From a bacterium (GTDB lineage: Bacteria > Patescibacteriota > Minisyncoccia > Phycocordibacterales > Phycocordibacteraceae), in the NCBI GenBank assembly GCA_023267755.1, contig JAHFMR010000003.1, positions 7,315 through 71,314 of the forward strand: a DNA stretch of 64,000 bases, in the 5' to 3' direction. The notes below the pieces were generated by a model. The model saw nothing but the letters and a program-made list of their open reading frames with translations, was not told the origin of the DNA and searched no databases. The stretch's first letter is position 1, and each line of letters begins with the position of its first letter. Made by a program: the position numbers and the translations under genes. Of the stretch, positions 38,644 to 48,160 are shown piece by piece.

Positions 38644-39723
38644 ATGCTTACTTCCAACATCGTTAAAGTTTTCATCCCTGCGACCGCTGCCTTTGCGCTC
38701 GGCATCCTGCTTGCGCCACTCCTCACAAACTATCTCTACGCGCACAAAGTGTGGAAGAAGAGGGCGGGGAAGACTGCCTTCGACGGCACACCGGCTGTCG
38801 AGTTTGAGAAGCTTCGCACCACAATCCACACCGGCACCGAGACCTCCACGCCGCGTATGGGCGGCATCCTCATCTGGGTTACCGTTTCTCTCGTAACGCT
38901 CGTTCTCTGGCTCCTCGCGCGATTCGTCCCCACACCGCTTATCGAGAAGCTCGATTTCCTTAGCCGCAGTCAGACGTGGATACCGCTCTTCACACTTCTC
39001 TCAGGCGCTCTTGTCGGCTTCGTGAACGATCTCCTCGATATCCACCCCTCGGGTGAGCGCGGACTGCCGCTGCGCGTGCGTCTCCTCTTTGTCACACTCA
39101 TCTCGGGCTTCATCGGCTGGTGGTTCTACGCCAAGCTCGGTATGGACGCTATCGGTATCCCGGGCGACGGGACATTTTTCCTCGGTGCAGGTATCATCCC
39201 TCTTTTCATTGTGGTATCTATGGGGCTCTACGCGGGCGGCGTTATCGACGGTATCGATGGGCTCGCAGGTGGCGTTTTCAGCACTGCTTTTATGGCCTAT
39301 GCGGGTATCGCGTACTTCCAGAATCAGATTAATCTCGCCGCTTTTTCCGCGACACTCACCGGCGCGATACTCGCATTCCTCTGGTTCAATATTCCGCCGG
39401 CACGATTCTGGATGACCGAGACCGGCACGATGGGGCTCACGCTCACACTCGCCGTCATCGCCTTTATGACTGATACTCCCGGAGACGGCTACGGCGTGGC
39501 TGCACTCCCGATTATCGCGTTCCCACTTATCGTGACGGTCCTTTCGAACATCATCCAAGTCGCATCGAAACGATTTTTTGGGAAAAAAGTGTTCCGCATC
39601 GCACCGCTCCATCACCACTTCGAAGCAATCGGTTGGCCTTCCTATAAAGTGACGATGCGATATTGGATTATCTCTATCGTATGCGCCATCATCGGAATGA
39701 CTATCGCGCTTTTGAAGTCTTAG
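38644..39723 (+). CDS. mraY: Phospho-N-acetylmuramoyl-pentapeptide transferase
   Basis: TPRMGG, DGIDGLA, FLWFN.PPA, APLHHHFE. Confidence 0.94.
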   Translation: MLTSNIVKVFIPATAAFALGILLAPLLTNYLYAHKVWKKRAGKTAFDGTPAVEFEKLRTTIHTGTETSTPRMGGILIWVTVSLVTLVLWLLARFVPTPLIEKLDFLSRSQTWIPLFTLLSGALVGFVNDLLDIHPSGERGLPLRVRLLFVTLISGFIGWWFYAKLGMDAIGIPGDGTFFLGAGIIPLFIVVSMGLYAGGVIDGIDGLAGGVFSTAFMAYAGIAYFQNQINLAAFSATLTGAILAFLWFNIPPARFWMTETGTMGLTLTLAVIAFMTDTPGDGYGVAALPIIAFPLIVTVLSNIIQVASKRFFGKKVFRIAPLHHHFEAIGWPSYKVTMRYWIISIVCAIIGMTIALLKS

Positions 39724-39729
39724 CCTGGT

Positions 39730-40827
39730 ATGAAGCTCTTTTCCGGCGATCGTATATTCCTGATGTTGGTGGTCTCTATCGCGCTTGCCGGCCTTGCTAT
39801 CTTTTCCTCTGCATCACTCGGCCTCCTCGCACGCGAGAACAGCTCTGTCTCACGCGATATCCTGCTCCAAGCCGGTCTCGGTCTCTGTCTCGGGTTCCTC
39901 GCTCTTTTTACAGTGCGCGCAGTCTCTCTGGCGTGGGTCAAGCGCTTCGCATTACCTATCTACATTGCGACCCTTCTCTTCACCGCACTCGTCTTCGTCC
40001 CTGGTATCGGTCTTCACGCCAACGGCGCAACTCGTTGGATTAATATCGGCTTCACCACCGTTCAACCCGCGGAGTTCTTGAAAATAGGCTTTGTGATTAT
40101 GCTCGCCGCGTGGCTCGCGCCGCGCGCGCAGAAGCTCTCAAGCGTGAAGCGAGGACTCGCGCCCTTCGTCGCTTTCCTCGCGGTACCAGCGGCGCTCCTG
40201 CTGGCCCAACCCAACACCTCGACCACTCTTCTTATTGTGGCAACCGGAATGGTGATGTACTTCGCGGCGGGAGCGCCGCTCCGCGATTTCGGCATTCTCG
40301 CACTCGGCGTGTTCATTGCACTCGGCGTCGTTATTGCTGTGCGTCCGTACGTGCTTCAACGCATCGAGACTTTTATGCATCCGACCGCAAATGCCCTCGG
40401 GAGCGGCTACCAAATTCAGCAATCACTCATCGCTATTGGCTCTGGCGGCGCTTTCGGGAGAGGGTTCGGCCAGAGTGTTGAGAAGTTTAACTACTTACCC
40501 GAACCTTCCGGCGACTCCGTTTTTGCCGTCTTCGCCGAGGAGACTGGTCTTCTTGGCGCTTCACTTCTCCTCGCGCTCTTCGTCGCTCTTGCGGCGCGCG
40601 GCGTGGTCATCGCGGGTCACTCGCGTGATCTCTTCGGCGGCCTCGTGGCGCTCGGTTTCTCGGTGATCATCATCCTGCAGGCGTTTATCAATATCGGCGC
40701 GATGCTCGGGATTATTCCGCTCACCGGCCTCCCACTCCCATTTATCTCTCACGGTGGCACCGCGCTCCTCGCAGTTCTCATTATGTGTGGCTTCATCCTC
40801 AACGTCGCCGCTCACCAGAAGGAGTGA
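39730..40827 (+). CDS. ftsW: SEDS family peptidoglycan glycosyltransferase FtsW
   Basis: GATRWI, QPAEFLK, YQ..QS..AIGSGG, YLPE, PLTG.PLPFIS.GG; lies between mraY and murG. Confidence 0.88.
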   Translation: MKLFSGDRIFLMLVVSIALAGLAIFSSASLGLLARENSSVSRDILLQAGLGLCLGFLALFTVRAVSLAWVKRFALPIYIATLLFTALVFVPGIGLHANGATRWINIGFTTVQPAEFLKIGFVIMLAAWLAPRAQKLSSVKRGLAPFVAFLAVPAALLLAQPNTSTTLLIVATGMVMYFAAGAPLRDFGILALGVFIALGVVIAVRPYVLQRIETFMHPTANALGSGYQIQQSLIAIGSGGAFGRGFGQSVEKFNYLPEPSGDSVFAVFAEETGLLGASLLLALFVALAARGVVIAGHSRDLFGGLVALGFSVIIILQAFINIGAMLGIIPLTGLPLPFISHGGTALLAVLIMCGFILNVAAHQKE

Positions 40828-40856
40828 TACGACTTCGAGGTATACTAGAGACATCT

Positions 40857-41996
40857 ATGACTATCGCATTCACTGGAGGGGGGACCGGAGGGCATTTCTA
40901 TCCAATTATCGCCATTGCCGAGGCACTAAACGACCTTGTCCGCGAGCGACGTCTTGTCCCACCCAAGCTCTACTATCTCGCCCCGAATTCGTTCGATCAG
41001 AAAGCCCTTTTTGAAAACAACATTTCCTACATCCCCATCCCAGCAGGGAAGGTGCGCCGTTATGCTTCTTTTCAGAACTACACTGATGCCCTTATCACTT
41101 TTGCGGGGACGTTGAAAGCGCTCTTTATCCTCTTCCGTCTCTTTCCCGACGTGATAGTGAGTAAGGGCGGCTATGGCAGCGTACCGACCGTACTCGCCGC
41201 CCGGATACTCCGTATCCCTATAGTCATCCATGAGTCCGACGCCAAGCCCGGCCGTGCTAATCTCCTCGCCGCGCCCTGGGCGGAGAAGATTGCTATTTCT
41301 TTTGAGGGAGCCGCTACCTACTTCCCGGAGAAGGTCCGCGGTAAGATTGCGCGCACGGGTATCCCTATTCGTAAGGCATTGGCTCACCTCGAGACCGAGG
41401 GTGCCCAGCAGTATCTCGGACTCGACACCTCACTCCCGACCATCCTTATCCTCGGCGGCTCGCAGGGCGCGGTGCGCATCAATGATACGGTACTCTCCTC
41501 GCTCATAGAGCTCGTCGGGCTCGCAAACGTAATCCATCAAACCGGGCAAGCCAATATTGAGAGCGTTCAGACAATCGCCAAGGTGGAGCTCACCGGCTCA
41601 CCGAACGCTTCTCGTTATCACCCAATCAACTATCTCTCTCAGACCTCGCTCCAGAGAGCGGCTGGCGTGGCGAACATCATCATCTCGCGCGCAGGAGCGA
41701 GCTCTATCGCCGAGATCAGTCTCTGGAAGAAGCCGTCGATTATCATCCCTATACCCGAGACAGTGAGCCACGATCAGCGCACCAACGCCTACTCCTATGC
41801 GCGCACTGGCGCTGCTATCGTTATCGAAGAGGGGAACCTGACACCACACCTCTTCGTCTCCGAGATTAAACGCGTCCTCGGTGACAAAAACCTTGAGAAG
41901 CGTATGGGCGACGCTGCCGCCGGCTTCACCGACCCCGACGCGGCACGTGTTCTCGCCGAGGGCGTGCTCGCTATCGCCCTCTCGCACGAAGTATGA
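40857..41996 (+). CDS. murG: MurG glycosyltransferase
   Basis: TGGGTGGHFYP, KGGYGS, HESD..PG.AN, GGSQGA, SRAGA, HDQ..NA. Confidence 0.95.
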   Translation: MTIAFTGGGTGGHFYPIIAIAEALNDLVRERRLVPPKLYYLAPNSFDQKALFENNISYIPIPAGKVRRYASFQNYTDALITFAGTLKALFILFRLFPDVIVSKGGYGSVPTVLAARILRIPIVIHESDAKPGRANLLAAPWAEKIAISFEGAATYFPEKVRGKIARTGIPIRKALAHLETEGAQQYLGLDTSLPTILILGGSQGAVRINDTVLSSLIELVGLANVIHQTGQANIESVQTIAKVELTGSPNASRYHPINYLSQTSLQRAAGVANIIISRAGASSIAEISLWKKPSIIIPIPETVSHDQRTNAYSYARTGAAIVIEEGNLTPHLFVSEIKRVLGDKNLEKRMGDAAAGFTDPDAARVLAEGVLAIALSHEV

Positions 41997-43345
41997 GCCA
42001 GGTCATCACCCGCATCCCGCCGAGCCCCACCGGCCGTTTCCATATCGGCACTGCGCGCACTGCGCTCTTCAACTACCTTTTCGCACGTCGCAATGGCGGC
42101 AGCATAGTCTTCCGCAGTGAGGACACCGACCGCGCTCGTAGCAAACCCGAGTTCGAACAAGAGATTATCGACGGCCTCCATTGGCTCGGTATCACCTGGG
42201 ACTCGTTCTATCGCCAGACTGAACGTCACGATCGTTATCGCGAGCTCCTCGAGAAGCTTGTAGGGGAAGGGAAGGCATATATCTCTTCAGAACCAGGCAA
42301 GGACGATCCGAACACCACAGTACATCTCGTCCGACTCAAGAATCCGGGTACCGTGGTCACCTTCACCGATATTATTCGCGGAGATATCACCTTTGACACC
42401 ACTGAGCTTGGCGACTTCGTCATCGCTCGTTCTATAGACGACGCGCTCTATCACTTCGCGGTCGTCGCTGATGATATGGACTCGGGCGTCACACACGTCA
42501 TCCGCGGCGAGGATCATATCTCCAACACGCCGCGTCAAATTCTCATTCAAGAAGCGCTTGGCACCACACGACCAGCCTATGCGCACCTCCCGCTCATCCT
42601 CGATGAGAAACGCGCCAAACTGAGTAAGCGCAGTGGCGCCACGAGTATGATGGACTATCGCGACGAAGGATTCCTACCCGAAGCAATCGTGAACTATCTC
42701 TCGCTCCTCGGATGGAACCCTGGCACCGATCAAGAGTATTTCTCGCTCGCCGAACTCACTGCCGCTTTTTCCCTTGAGGATGTGCAGAAGGGTGGAGCGA
42801 TGTGGAATCGAGATAAACTCCTCTCGGTGAATCAGCACTGGATGCGCACACTCTCTGACGAAGACTTCATCACCCTGCTCGCGCCATCGCAGGATATGGA
42901 GAAAATGCGGAAAACAGTTCCACTTCTCAAGGACCGCGCACGCACCTTCGGTGAGGCACGTCAGATGCTCTCGGGCGAGCTTTCTTGCCTCTTTACCGAG
43001 CCCGTCCTCGACAGGGAACAGCTCCTCGTAAAAGAGCCTGAAGACCGCTCTGGGGCGGCCAAAAATGGCCTAGAAGGCCTCTTGGAGCCCCTACAAGCCC
43101 TGTCGGAAGGAGTCTCGGCCGAGGAGGTAAAAGCGGTCATTATGCCGCTTGCTGATGCCGCCGAGGCAGCGGGCCTGCCTGCCGGACAGGCAGGGAAGGG
43201 AGGTCGCGGCGCCCTCCTCTGGCCGCTCCGCTACGCGCTCTCAGGTCAGGAGCGCTCACCCGACCCCTTTACTCTTATTTCAATCCTCGGCCCAGCCGAA
43301 TCGTTTTCCCGTGTGCAGAAAGCGATTGGTATACTTGAGGGATGA
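41993..43345 (+). CDS. gltX: Glutamate--tRNA ligase
   Basis: PSPTG..HIG..RTALFN, EDTD, THVIRGEDH, KLSKR. Confidence 0.96.
   Translation: MSQVITRIPPSPTGRFHIGTARTALFNYLFARRNGGSIVFRSEDTDRARSKPEFEQEIIDGLHWLGITWDSFYRQTERHDRYRELLEKLVGEGKAYISSEPGKDDPNTTVHLVRLKNPGTVVTFTDIIRGDITFDTTELGDFVIARSIDDALYHFAVVADDMDSGVTHVIRGEDHISNTPRQILIQEALGTTRPAYAHLPLILDEKRAKLSKRSGATSMMDYRDEGFLPEAIVNYLSLLGWNPGTDQEYFSLAELTAAFSLEDVQKGGAMWNRDKLLSVNQHWMRTLSDEDFITLLAPSQDMEKMRKTVPLLKDRARTFGEARQMLSGELSCLFTEPVLDREQLLVKEPEDRSGAAKNGLEGLLEPLQALSEGVSAEEVKAVIMPLADAAEAAGLPAGQAGKGGRGALLWPLRYALSGQERSPDPFTLISILGPAESFSRVQKAIGILEG
43174..43194. repeat. 21-nt palindrome in-frame in gltX
   Basis: CCTGCCTG-ccgga-CAGGCAGG, encodes (G)LPAGQA(G). 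Confidence 0.75.
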
Positions 43346-44577
43346 CGCGCGCTCCGCTCTCGTCCTTCTTCTTAGCGCTTCTCGCGGTCGCGCTTGTTTT
43401 CCCGCAAGCGACTGTTGCTGACACAGCATCCGGTCTCCAGACCCAGATTGATGCGAACAATCAACAGCTCCAGGCGATTCAAGATAAGATCGCTTCCTAT
43501 CAGAAGCAGCTCGAAACGCTCGGGACCGAGCGGAACACGCTCCAGTCAGCTATCTCTGCCTTGACGCTCACGCAGGAGAAAATCTCGGCACAAATCCAGG
43601 AGACGCAGACCAAGATCTCTTCGGCAAATCTGCAGATTAAAAAACTTACGCAGTCTATTAGTAATAAGGAGGACACTATTCTCGCCGACCAGAACGCGAT
43701 AGGGAAGCAGCTGCGCACGCTTGCCCAAGATGAGCAGACACCTTTGGTTGCTAAAGTGCTCTCGTCAGATACCTTTGGCGCGGGCTGGCAGCTGGCAGAC
43801 GAGGCGGTGCAGTTCAATCAAGCGCTTGTCGGACATATCAGCAACGTGCGCACGGTGCGTGCGACGCTGCAAGCCAATCGCACCGATGTGACTACTGCGA
43901 AGGCGACTCTCGTTTCTCTACAGAGTGATCTCACCAACCAGAAGCGATCGGTGAATGCGAGCAAAGCAGCAGAGCAGGAACTCCTCGCACAGACCAAGAA
44001 TCAGGAGGCGAATTATCAGAAGCTGCTTGCTGCAGCGAAGGCGGAGCTTGAGAGTTACTCGGCCTTCACCCAGAACGCTGGTGGGTCGAAGTTGCTCACC
44101 AATCAGACCGTCTGCGACTCATGGGGCTGTTACTACAATCAACGTGATGCGCTCTGGGGGAATATGCCGCTGAACAAGACTCGCTTCCGTCTCGCGAGCG
44201 ACGGTTGCCTCGTGACCGCTATGGCGATGATGCTCACGCACTACGGATACCGCTCGGTGACGCCCGCAGTTATTAATGCCGATTCGAACAACTTCGCCAC
44301 GTACTATCCGCCGTACCTCCTCTTCACTATCCACGTCGCGGGTGTCGCCGCCACACGCAAGGCGACGACGATTGACGCGACACTCGAGAGTGGTCAGCCG
44401 GTGGTCGTCGGTGTTCACGCCTATGGCGGCACGCACTTCGTGGTTCTCACGAGCGGGAGCCGGGGGAGCTACCTTATGCGCGACCCCTATATCGCCAATG
44501 GACGTGATATCAGCTTCTCTGCGCATTACTCCACCAGAGCCATCTTCAGCATCACGCGGGTCGTGATCAGCAGCTAA
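43342..44577 (+). CDS. Secreted coiled-coil protein with C-terminal C39-like cysteine peptidase (putative cell-wall hydrolase)
   Basis: Signal peptide, long coiled coil, YYNQRD..W, GCLVTAMAM, HFVV, DP. Confidence 0.78.
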   Translation: MTRAPLSSFFLALLAVALVFPQATVADTASGLQTQIDANNQQLQAIQDKIASYQKQLETLGTERNTLQSAISALTLTQEKISAQIQETQTKISSANLQIKKLTQSISNKEDTILADQNAIGKQLRTLAQDEQTPLVAKVLSSDTFGAGWQLADEAVQFNQALVGHISNVRTVRATLQANRTDVTTAKATLVSLQSDLTNQKRSVNASKAAEQELLAQTKNQEANYQKLLAAAKAELESYSAFTQNAGGSKLLTNQTVCDSWGCYYNQRDALWGNMPLNKTRFRLASDGCLVTAMAMMLTHYGYRSVTPAVINADSNNFATYYPPYLLFTIHVAGVAATRKATTIDATLESGQPVVVGVHAYGGTHFVVLTSGSRGSYLMRDPYIANGRDISFSAHYSTRAIFSITRVVISS

Positions 44578-44661
44578 CTAATTTAATAATAATCTTATTG
44601 ATTCCACAAAATCTCGGCTAGGCGTGATAAAGAGGGGAGGAGAGGGGTATATACTGTAGCT

Positions 44662-44865
44662 ATGGTCGCTATCCTACACTTAGCCTTCTGGAGCTTCGTC
44701 CTGTTCCTCGCGCTCTCGTTCTTTGGTATTTCTATCCAAGCAATTGTCACCTCTCCGGTTGGTCAGGCCAATCTCCTCTACCTCTCTGGTCTCCTGTCTC
44801 AATTGTGGCAGCATATCCTCCAGCAATGGCAGTGGATGACCCTCTGGATCCGCCCTATGGCGTAG
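44662..44865 (+). CDS. Small hypothetical membrane protein
   Basis: 67 aa, hydrophobic, TATACT 6 nt before ATG. Confidence 0.6.
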   Translation: MVAILHLAFWSFVLFLALSFFGISIQAIVTSPVGQANLLYLSGLLSQLWQHILQQWQWMTLWIRPMA

Positions 44866-44945
44866 ATTAGTATATTACGCAAAAGATATATTGTGCGCAC
44901 ATCTCCTATAGAGAGGTAACCCCCCTTCCCTCTGCTGTTTAATAT

Positions 44946-45704
44946 CTAACACGAGACATTATCAATAATGTATTCGTACGCTTCGTCGGCGGTGTCAACG
45001 AGCTTGTAGAGTTCCATATCTCCCTTATCAATCGCCTTATGCTTCTCGTAGACGGTTTTCTCGATGAACTCAAGGAGCGGCTCCCAGTAATCCCTTCCCA
45101 CGAGGATAATCGGCACTCGGCGGATCTTCTTGGTCTGGACGAGCGTTACGATCTCGGTAAACTCATCCAGCGTGCCGAAACCGCCCGGGAAATAAATGTA
45201 GGCCTCGGAGGCGTAGGTCAGCATCACCTTGCGCACGAAGAAATGGTCGAAGACGAACCGTTCGGTGAGATATGGATTATAGGTCTGTGCATCGGGCAAG
45301 TTAACGTTGAGCCCCACTGATGCGCCGCCAGCCTCAAAAGCGCCTTTGTTCGCGGCCTGCATAATGCCGGAGCTGCCACCGGTAACAATCGCGAACCCTT
45401 TCTTCGAAAGTTTCTTCGCGAGTTCCTCGGCCTGCTTATATGATTCGTCGCCGAGCGTGGAACGCGCGCTGCCGAAGATGGATACCGCGAGGCTGTAGCG
45501 ACGGATGATATCGAACCCCTCGATGAACTCCGACATAATCTTGAAGATGCGCCACGATTCAATCTTACGCGGCTTGCAGACAAGGAGTGGCCGATCCTCG
45601 GGCATCGTGCGTCCGCCTTCGTGGACAACCTTCGCGAGCCGTTCGGCGTTTTGGTGATGCGATTGTTGTGAAGTATTGCTGGGTGTCATCAAACCGTCAT
45701 TCAT
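44946..45704 (-). CDS. LOG family nucleotide phosphoribohydrolase (Rossmann fold)
   Basis: SIFGSAR, TGG..GIM.AANKGA, FF.RK, PGGFGTLDE; TGATATAAT 7 nt before ATG 45704. Confidence 0.9.
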   Translation of the reverse strand: MNDGLMTPSNTSQQSHHQNAERLAKVVHEGGRTMPEDRPLLVCKPRKIESWRIFKIMSEFIEGFDIIRRYSLAVSIFGSARSTLGDESYKQAEELAKKLSKKGFAIVTGGSSGIMQAANKGAFEAGGASVGLNVNLPDAQTYNPYLTERFVFDHFFVRKVMLTYASEAYIYFPGGFGTLDEFTEIVTLVQTKKIRRVPIILVGRDYWEPLLEFIEKTVYEKHKAIDKGDMELYKLVDTADEAYEYIIDNVSC

Positions 45705-45722
45705 TCTCAAAATTATATCAGA

Positions 45723-46097
45723 CTAGAGCCCCTTACAATTGGCCGCAGGCGCATAACCAGCTGCTTGTGCGACACTTATTGAGGCGAACCAAACTTTATT
45801 CGCATCACTGATACGGTTCGCGCCCGCACAATTCGGTAGATAATATTTCGTCCCGTTTTTAGAGGCGACAATCTGTCCCGCTTGCCCTGAGCCTGTTGAA
45901 AGGGTGTCCGGGAGGGAAGTAAGCGGAGACTCCTCGAGAATAAGCGGACTCCCCTGCCCTCCTATGTCCTGGCCGGCGAGATAACCGAGCCCAAAACTCG
46001 CCAAAGAAGCCCCGATTAACACCGCAAGAATCCATATATCTCGCGGTATCTGGGCGATTGCGCCTTTGCATTTATCTCGTGCTTCTGCTATAGTCAC
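45723..46097 (-). CDS. Membrane-anchored protein with Ada metal-binding-like domain
   Basis: TM helix, VASKNGTKYY.P.C....I...NK.WF.S...A..AGY..A.NC. Confidence 0.75.
   Translation of the reverse strand: MTIAEARDKCKGAIAQIPRDIWILAVLIGASLASFGLGYLAGQDIGGQGSPLILEESPLTSLPDTLSTGSGQAGQIVASKNGTKYYLPNCAGANRISDANKVWFASISVAQAAGYAPAANCKGL
45881..45903 (-). repeat. 23-nt STGSGQ repeat, copy 3, in-frame in the Ada-like gene
   Basis: Reverse complement CCTTTCAACAGGCTCAGGGCAAG, 3 mismatches to the alaS copy. Confidence 0.8.
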
Positions 46098-46116
46098 TAG
46101 GTAACACTATACCAGT

Positions 46117-46389
46117 ATGGCATCAACAAAAGCCGGCGGCTCCGCAAAAAACCTTACCGATTCGAACCCACAATACCTGGGTGTGAAGCTCGCTGATGGC
46201 TCCTCGGCCAAGCCGGGCGCAATTATCGTCCGCCAGCGCGGGACCAAGATTGAGGCAGGTAAGAACGTCCGCGTCGGCAAGGATCACACCCTCTACGCGG
46301 TCGCCTCTGGCAAGGTCGCCTTCCGTTCTCGCCGCAAGACCAGCTTCACCGGTCACATCTTTCAGAAGAAAGTCGTCGACGTCATTTAA
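46117..46389 (+). CDS. rpmA: 50S ribosomal protein L27
   Basis: KAGGS..N..DS....[21 protein letters not shown]. Confidence 0.96.
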   Translation: MASTKAGGSAKNLTDSNPQYLGVKLADGSSAKPGAIIVRQRGTKIEAGKNVRVGKDHTLYAVASGKVAFRSRRKTSFTGHIFQKKVVDVI

Positions 46390-46426
46390 TCGAGATTTAA
46401 AATAAACTAAATCTTCTGCCCGAGGT

Positions 46427-46465
46427 TCCGAGGGGCACCCTCGTCAAACGAGGGTGCCCCTCGGA
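46427..46465. repeat. Nested palindrome (REP-doublet-like) between convergent genes
   Basis: 18-bp perfect inverted repeat with 3-nt loop; each arm contains CGAGGG-NNN-CCCTCG. Confidence 0.8.
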
Positions 46466-46469
46466 GCTT

Positions 46470-46985
46470 TTAGTTTGTCTTCTCGAAGTGCTGCCAGTCC
46501 TTCCTGTCTGTCCAATCGCCACCCCAGACCCAACCGCGTGACCTGAAGAGGTCAGCGATTTCTGCTGTCACTGTGCCCGGGACATTTGTATCGTAGACCG
46601 CGCCAGTCGGGACGACCACACCATCGCGGCGGACATAGGGATTCTGCAGCGGATTAATATCAATCGCGCGCCCATAGGAATGGTTTGAGAGCCGGTCGGT
46701 GCCATATATCAGGCGATAATTAAATGCTGACGTATTATTATCGGCCATCGACGCATCATCGTCCCAACCATACGCAACCACAGGGACCATCTTTTCTATC
46801 GGGAACCGCTTCGCAAACAACGTATTAAAAACTTCCCTCGTCTCGTCAGCCACGCTCTCATGCACCACGAGATGTCCTTCGCAAACCTCTCCGGTGAAAG
46901 AGAGATATGGAAGTGCGAGGAGCACGAGGCTCTCTCGAATCTCACTCGGAACCTCTTTCCCCGCGAGAGCCTCATCAAGACTCAT
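46470..46985 (-). CDS. M15 family metallopeptidase
   Basis: SAFNYR, SNHSYGRAIDINP, WGGDW, DWQHFE. Confidence 0.9.
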   Translation of the reverse strand: MSLDEALAGKEVPSEIRESLVLLALPYLSFTGEVCEGHLVVHESVADETREVFNTLFAKRFPIEKMVPVVAYGWDDDASMADNNTSAFNYRLIYGTDRLSNHSYGRAIDINPLQNPYVRRDGVVVPTGAVYDTNVPGTVTAEIADLFRSRGWVWGGDWTDRKDWQHFEKTN

Positions 46986-46994
46986 ACGCGGCGA

Positions 46995-47441
46995 CTACGC
47001 CTCTGCTTCGACAGTGATGCTGAACTTTCCGAACGTGTCGGCAGAGGCGACTGGGATATCGAAGGTGCCAAGCTCTTTAATCGGCTTCTCGAGCTTAATT
47101 ACCTCCTCGGGGAGATCGATGCGCGCCTGCTCCTTAGCTGCCTTGGCGATGTCAGCTGCGCCCACCGCGTCATAGAGGTGACCTTTTTCATTCGCCTTCA
47201 TCTTAATAACGATGCGCGCCTCAACCAAAGAAGCGATGTTCTGGGTGAGGAGCGCCGCGTCGATAACGGAGCGATCGACGACCTGCTTACGGCGCGTCTC
47301 GGCCTCTTGTTTAGCGACCGCAGTCGCCGGGATCGCGAGCTTCTTCGGGATAAGGTAGTTAAGCGCGTACCCATCGGCGGTATTCACCTCCTCGTGCGCG
47401 CGGCCCATCCCCTTCACATCTTTAATCAAAATAACTTTCAT
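46995..47441 (-). CDS. rplI: 50S ribosomal protein L9
   Basis: [28 protein letters not shown]. Confidence 0.95.
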   Translation of the reverse strand: MKVILIKDVKGMGRAHEEVNTADGYALNYLIPKKLAIPATAVAKQEAETRRKQVVDRSVIDAALLTQNIASLVEARIVIKMKANEKGHLYDAVGAADIAKAAKEQARIDLPEEVIKLEKPIKELGTFDIPVASADTFGKFSITVEAEA

Positions 47442-47587
47442 ATACTCCTACCTTACCTTACCGTGTATCTATAGTCAAAATCTCACTCCCCTTTCTATAT
47501 TTTCAAGACTTGACAATGCATTTGTATATAGTATACAATAAAATCTGCTTCTTATTGATCATTCCTTCTAAAGAAAGTAGGTGCCCT

Positions 47588-47842
47588 ATGCAACCACGTA
47601 GCTCTAAACTCTTGGTATTCACCGGCTTCTTGGCGGCGGCTCTTTCAGTGGTGGCAGCCCTCATCGTCACTCCTGTCGGAGCGGTGATTACTGGTCTCAT
47701 GACTGGAATCATGATGGGACTGTTCAGTCTGTCCCCGCTCGTGAGTGTGGCCTTGGTTTGCATTATGGCCATCGGCCTTCTCTGTGTCATTTTCCTGCAT
47801 GAATACCGACGGGGAGTACATGCAAACGAAAATGATGCGTAA
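47588..47842 (+). CDS. Small hypothetical membrane protein (orphan)
   Basis: 84 aa, hydrophobic; TTGACA promoter at 47510, AGGTG SD, terminator. Confidence 0.65.
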   Translation: MQPRSSKLLVFTGFLAAALSVVAALIVTPVGAVITGLMTGIMMGLFSLSPLVSVALVCIMAIGLLCVIFLHEYRRGVHANENDA

Positions 47843-47850
47843 TCTTCGCA

Positions 47851-47894
47851 CGCCGCCGTATCCTCTTCGAGGAAACGGCGGCGATTTCGTTTTT
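47851..47894 (+). terminator. Intrinsic terminator
   Basis: CGCCGCCGT.TCCT-cttcg-AGGA.ACGGCGGCG followed by ATTTCGTTTTT. Confidence 0.75.
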
Positions 47895-48159
47895 ATACTT
47901 TCGTAAATCGCGGGGTGGGTGTACCGTCGACATCAACAATGGCGACAAAACTTGAGAGCGGACGAATGAACGAGACACGTTCGTCGTACTGTGCCTGATA
48001 CACAACTGCGACCTCCTCGGCTGCTTCGAGAATCGCGAGCTCGGTTATCACATATTCCTTTGTCGGGTCCTTATAGTGGACATACCGCGCGCCGACCTCC
48101 ACTTCCCTCTTGGCGTCCTCAATCCGCTTCGCTAACTCCTCAAGCGGTACGTGCGCCAT
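47893..48159 (-). CDS. DUF1653 domain protein
   Basis: G.RY.HYK, VVYQAQY, FIRPLSSF, PRF. Confidence 0.85.
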   Translation of the reverse strand: MAHVPLEELAKRIEDAKREVEVGARYVHYKDPTKEYVITELAILEAAEEVAVVYQAQYDERVSFIRPLSSFVAIVDVDGTPTPRFTKV

Positions 48160-48160
48160 A

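Noticed and set aside
44630-44934. Purine-rich and pyrimidine-rich tracts flanking the 67-aa ORF as terminal inverted repeats
   Set aside because: The match is short, low-complexity and imperfect, and there is no target duplication.
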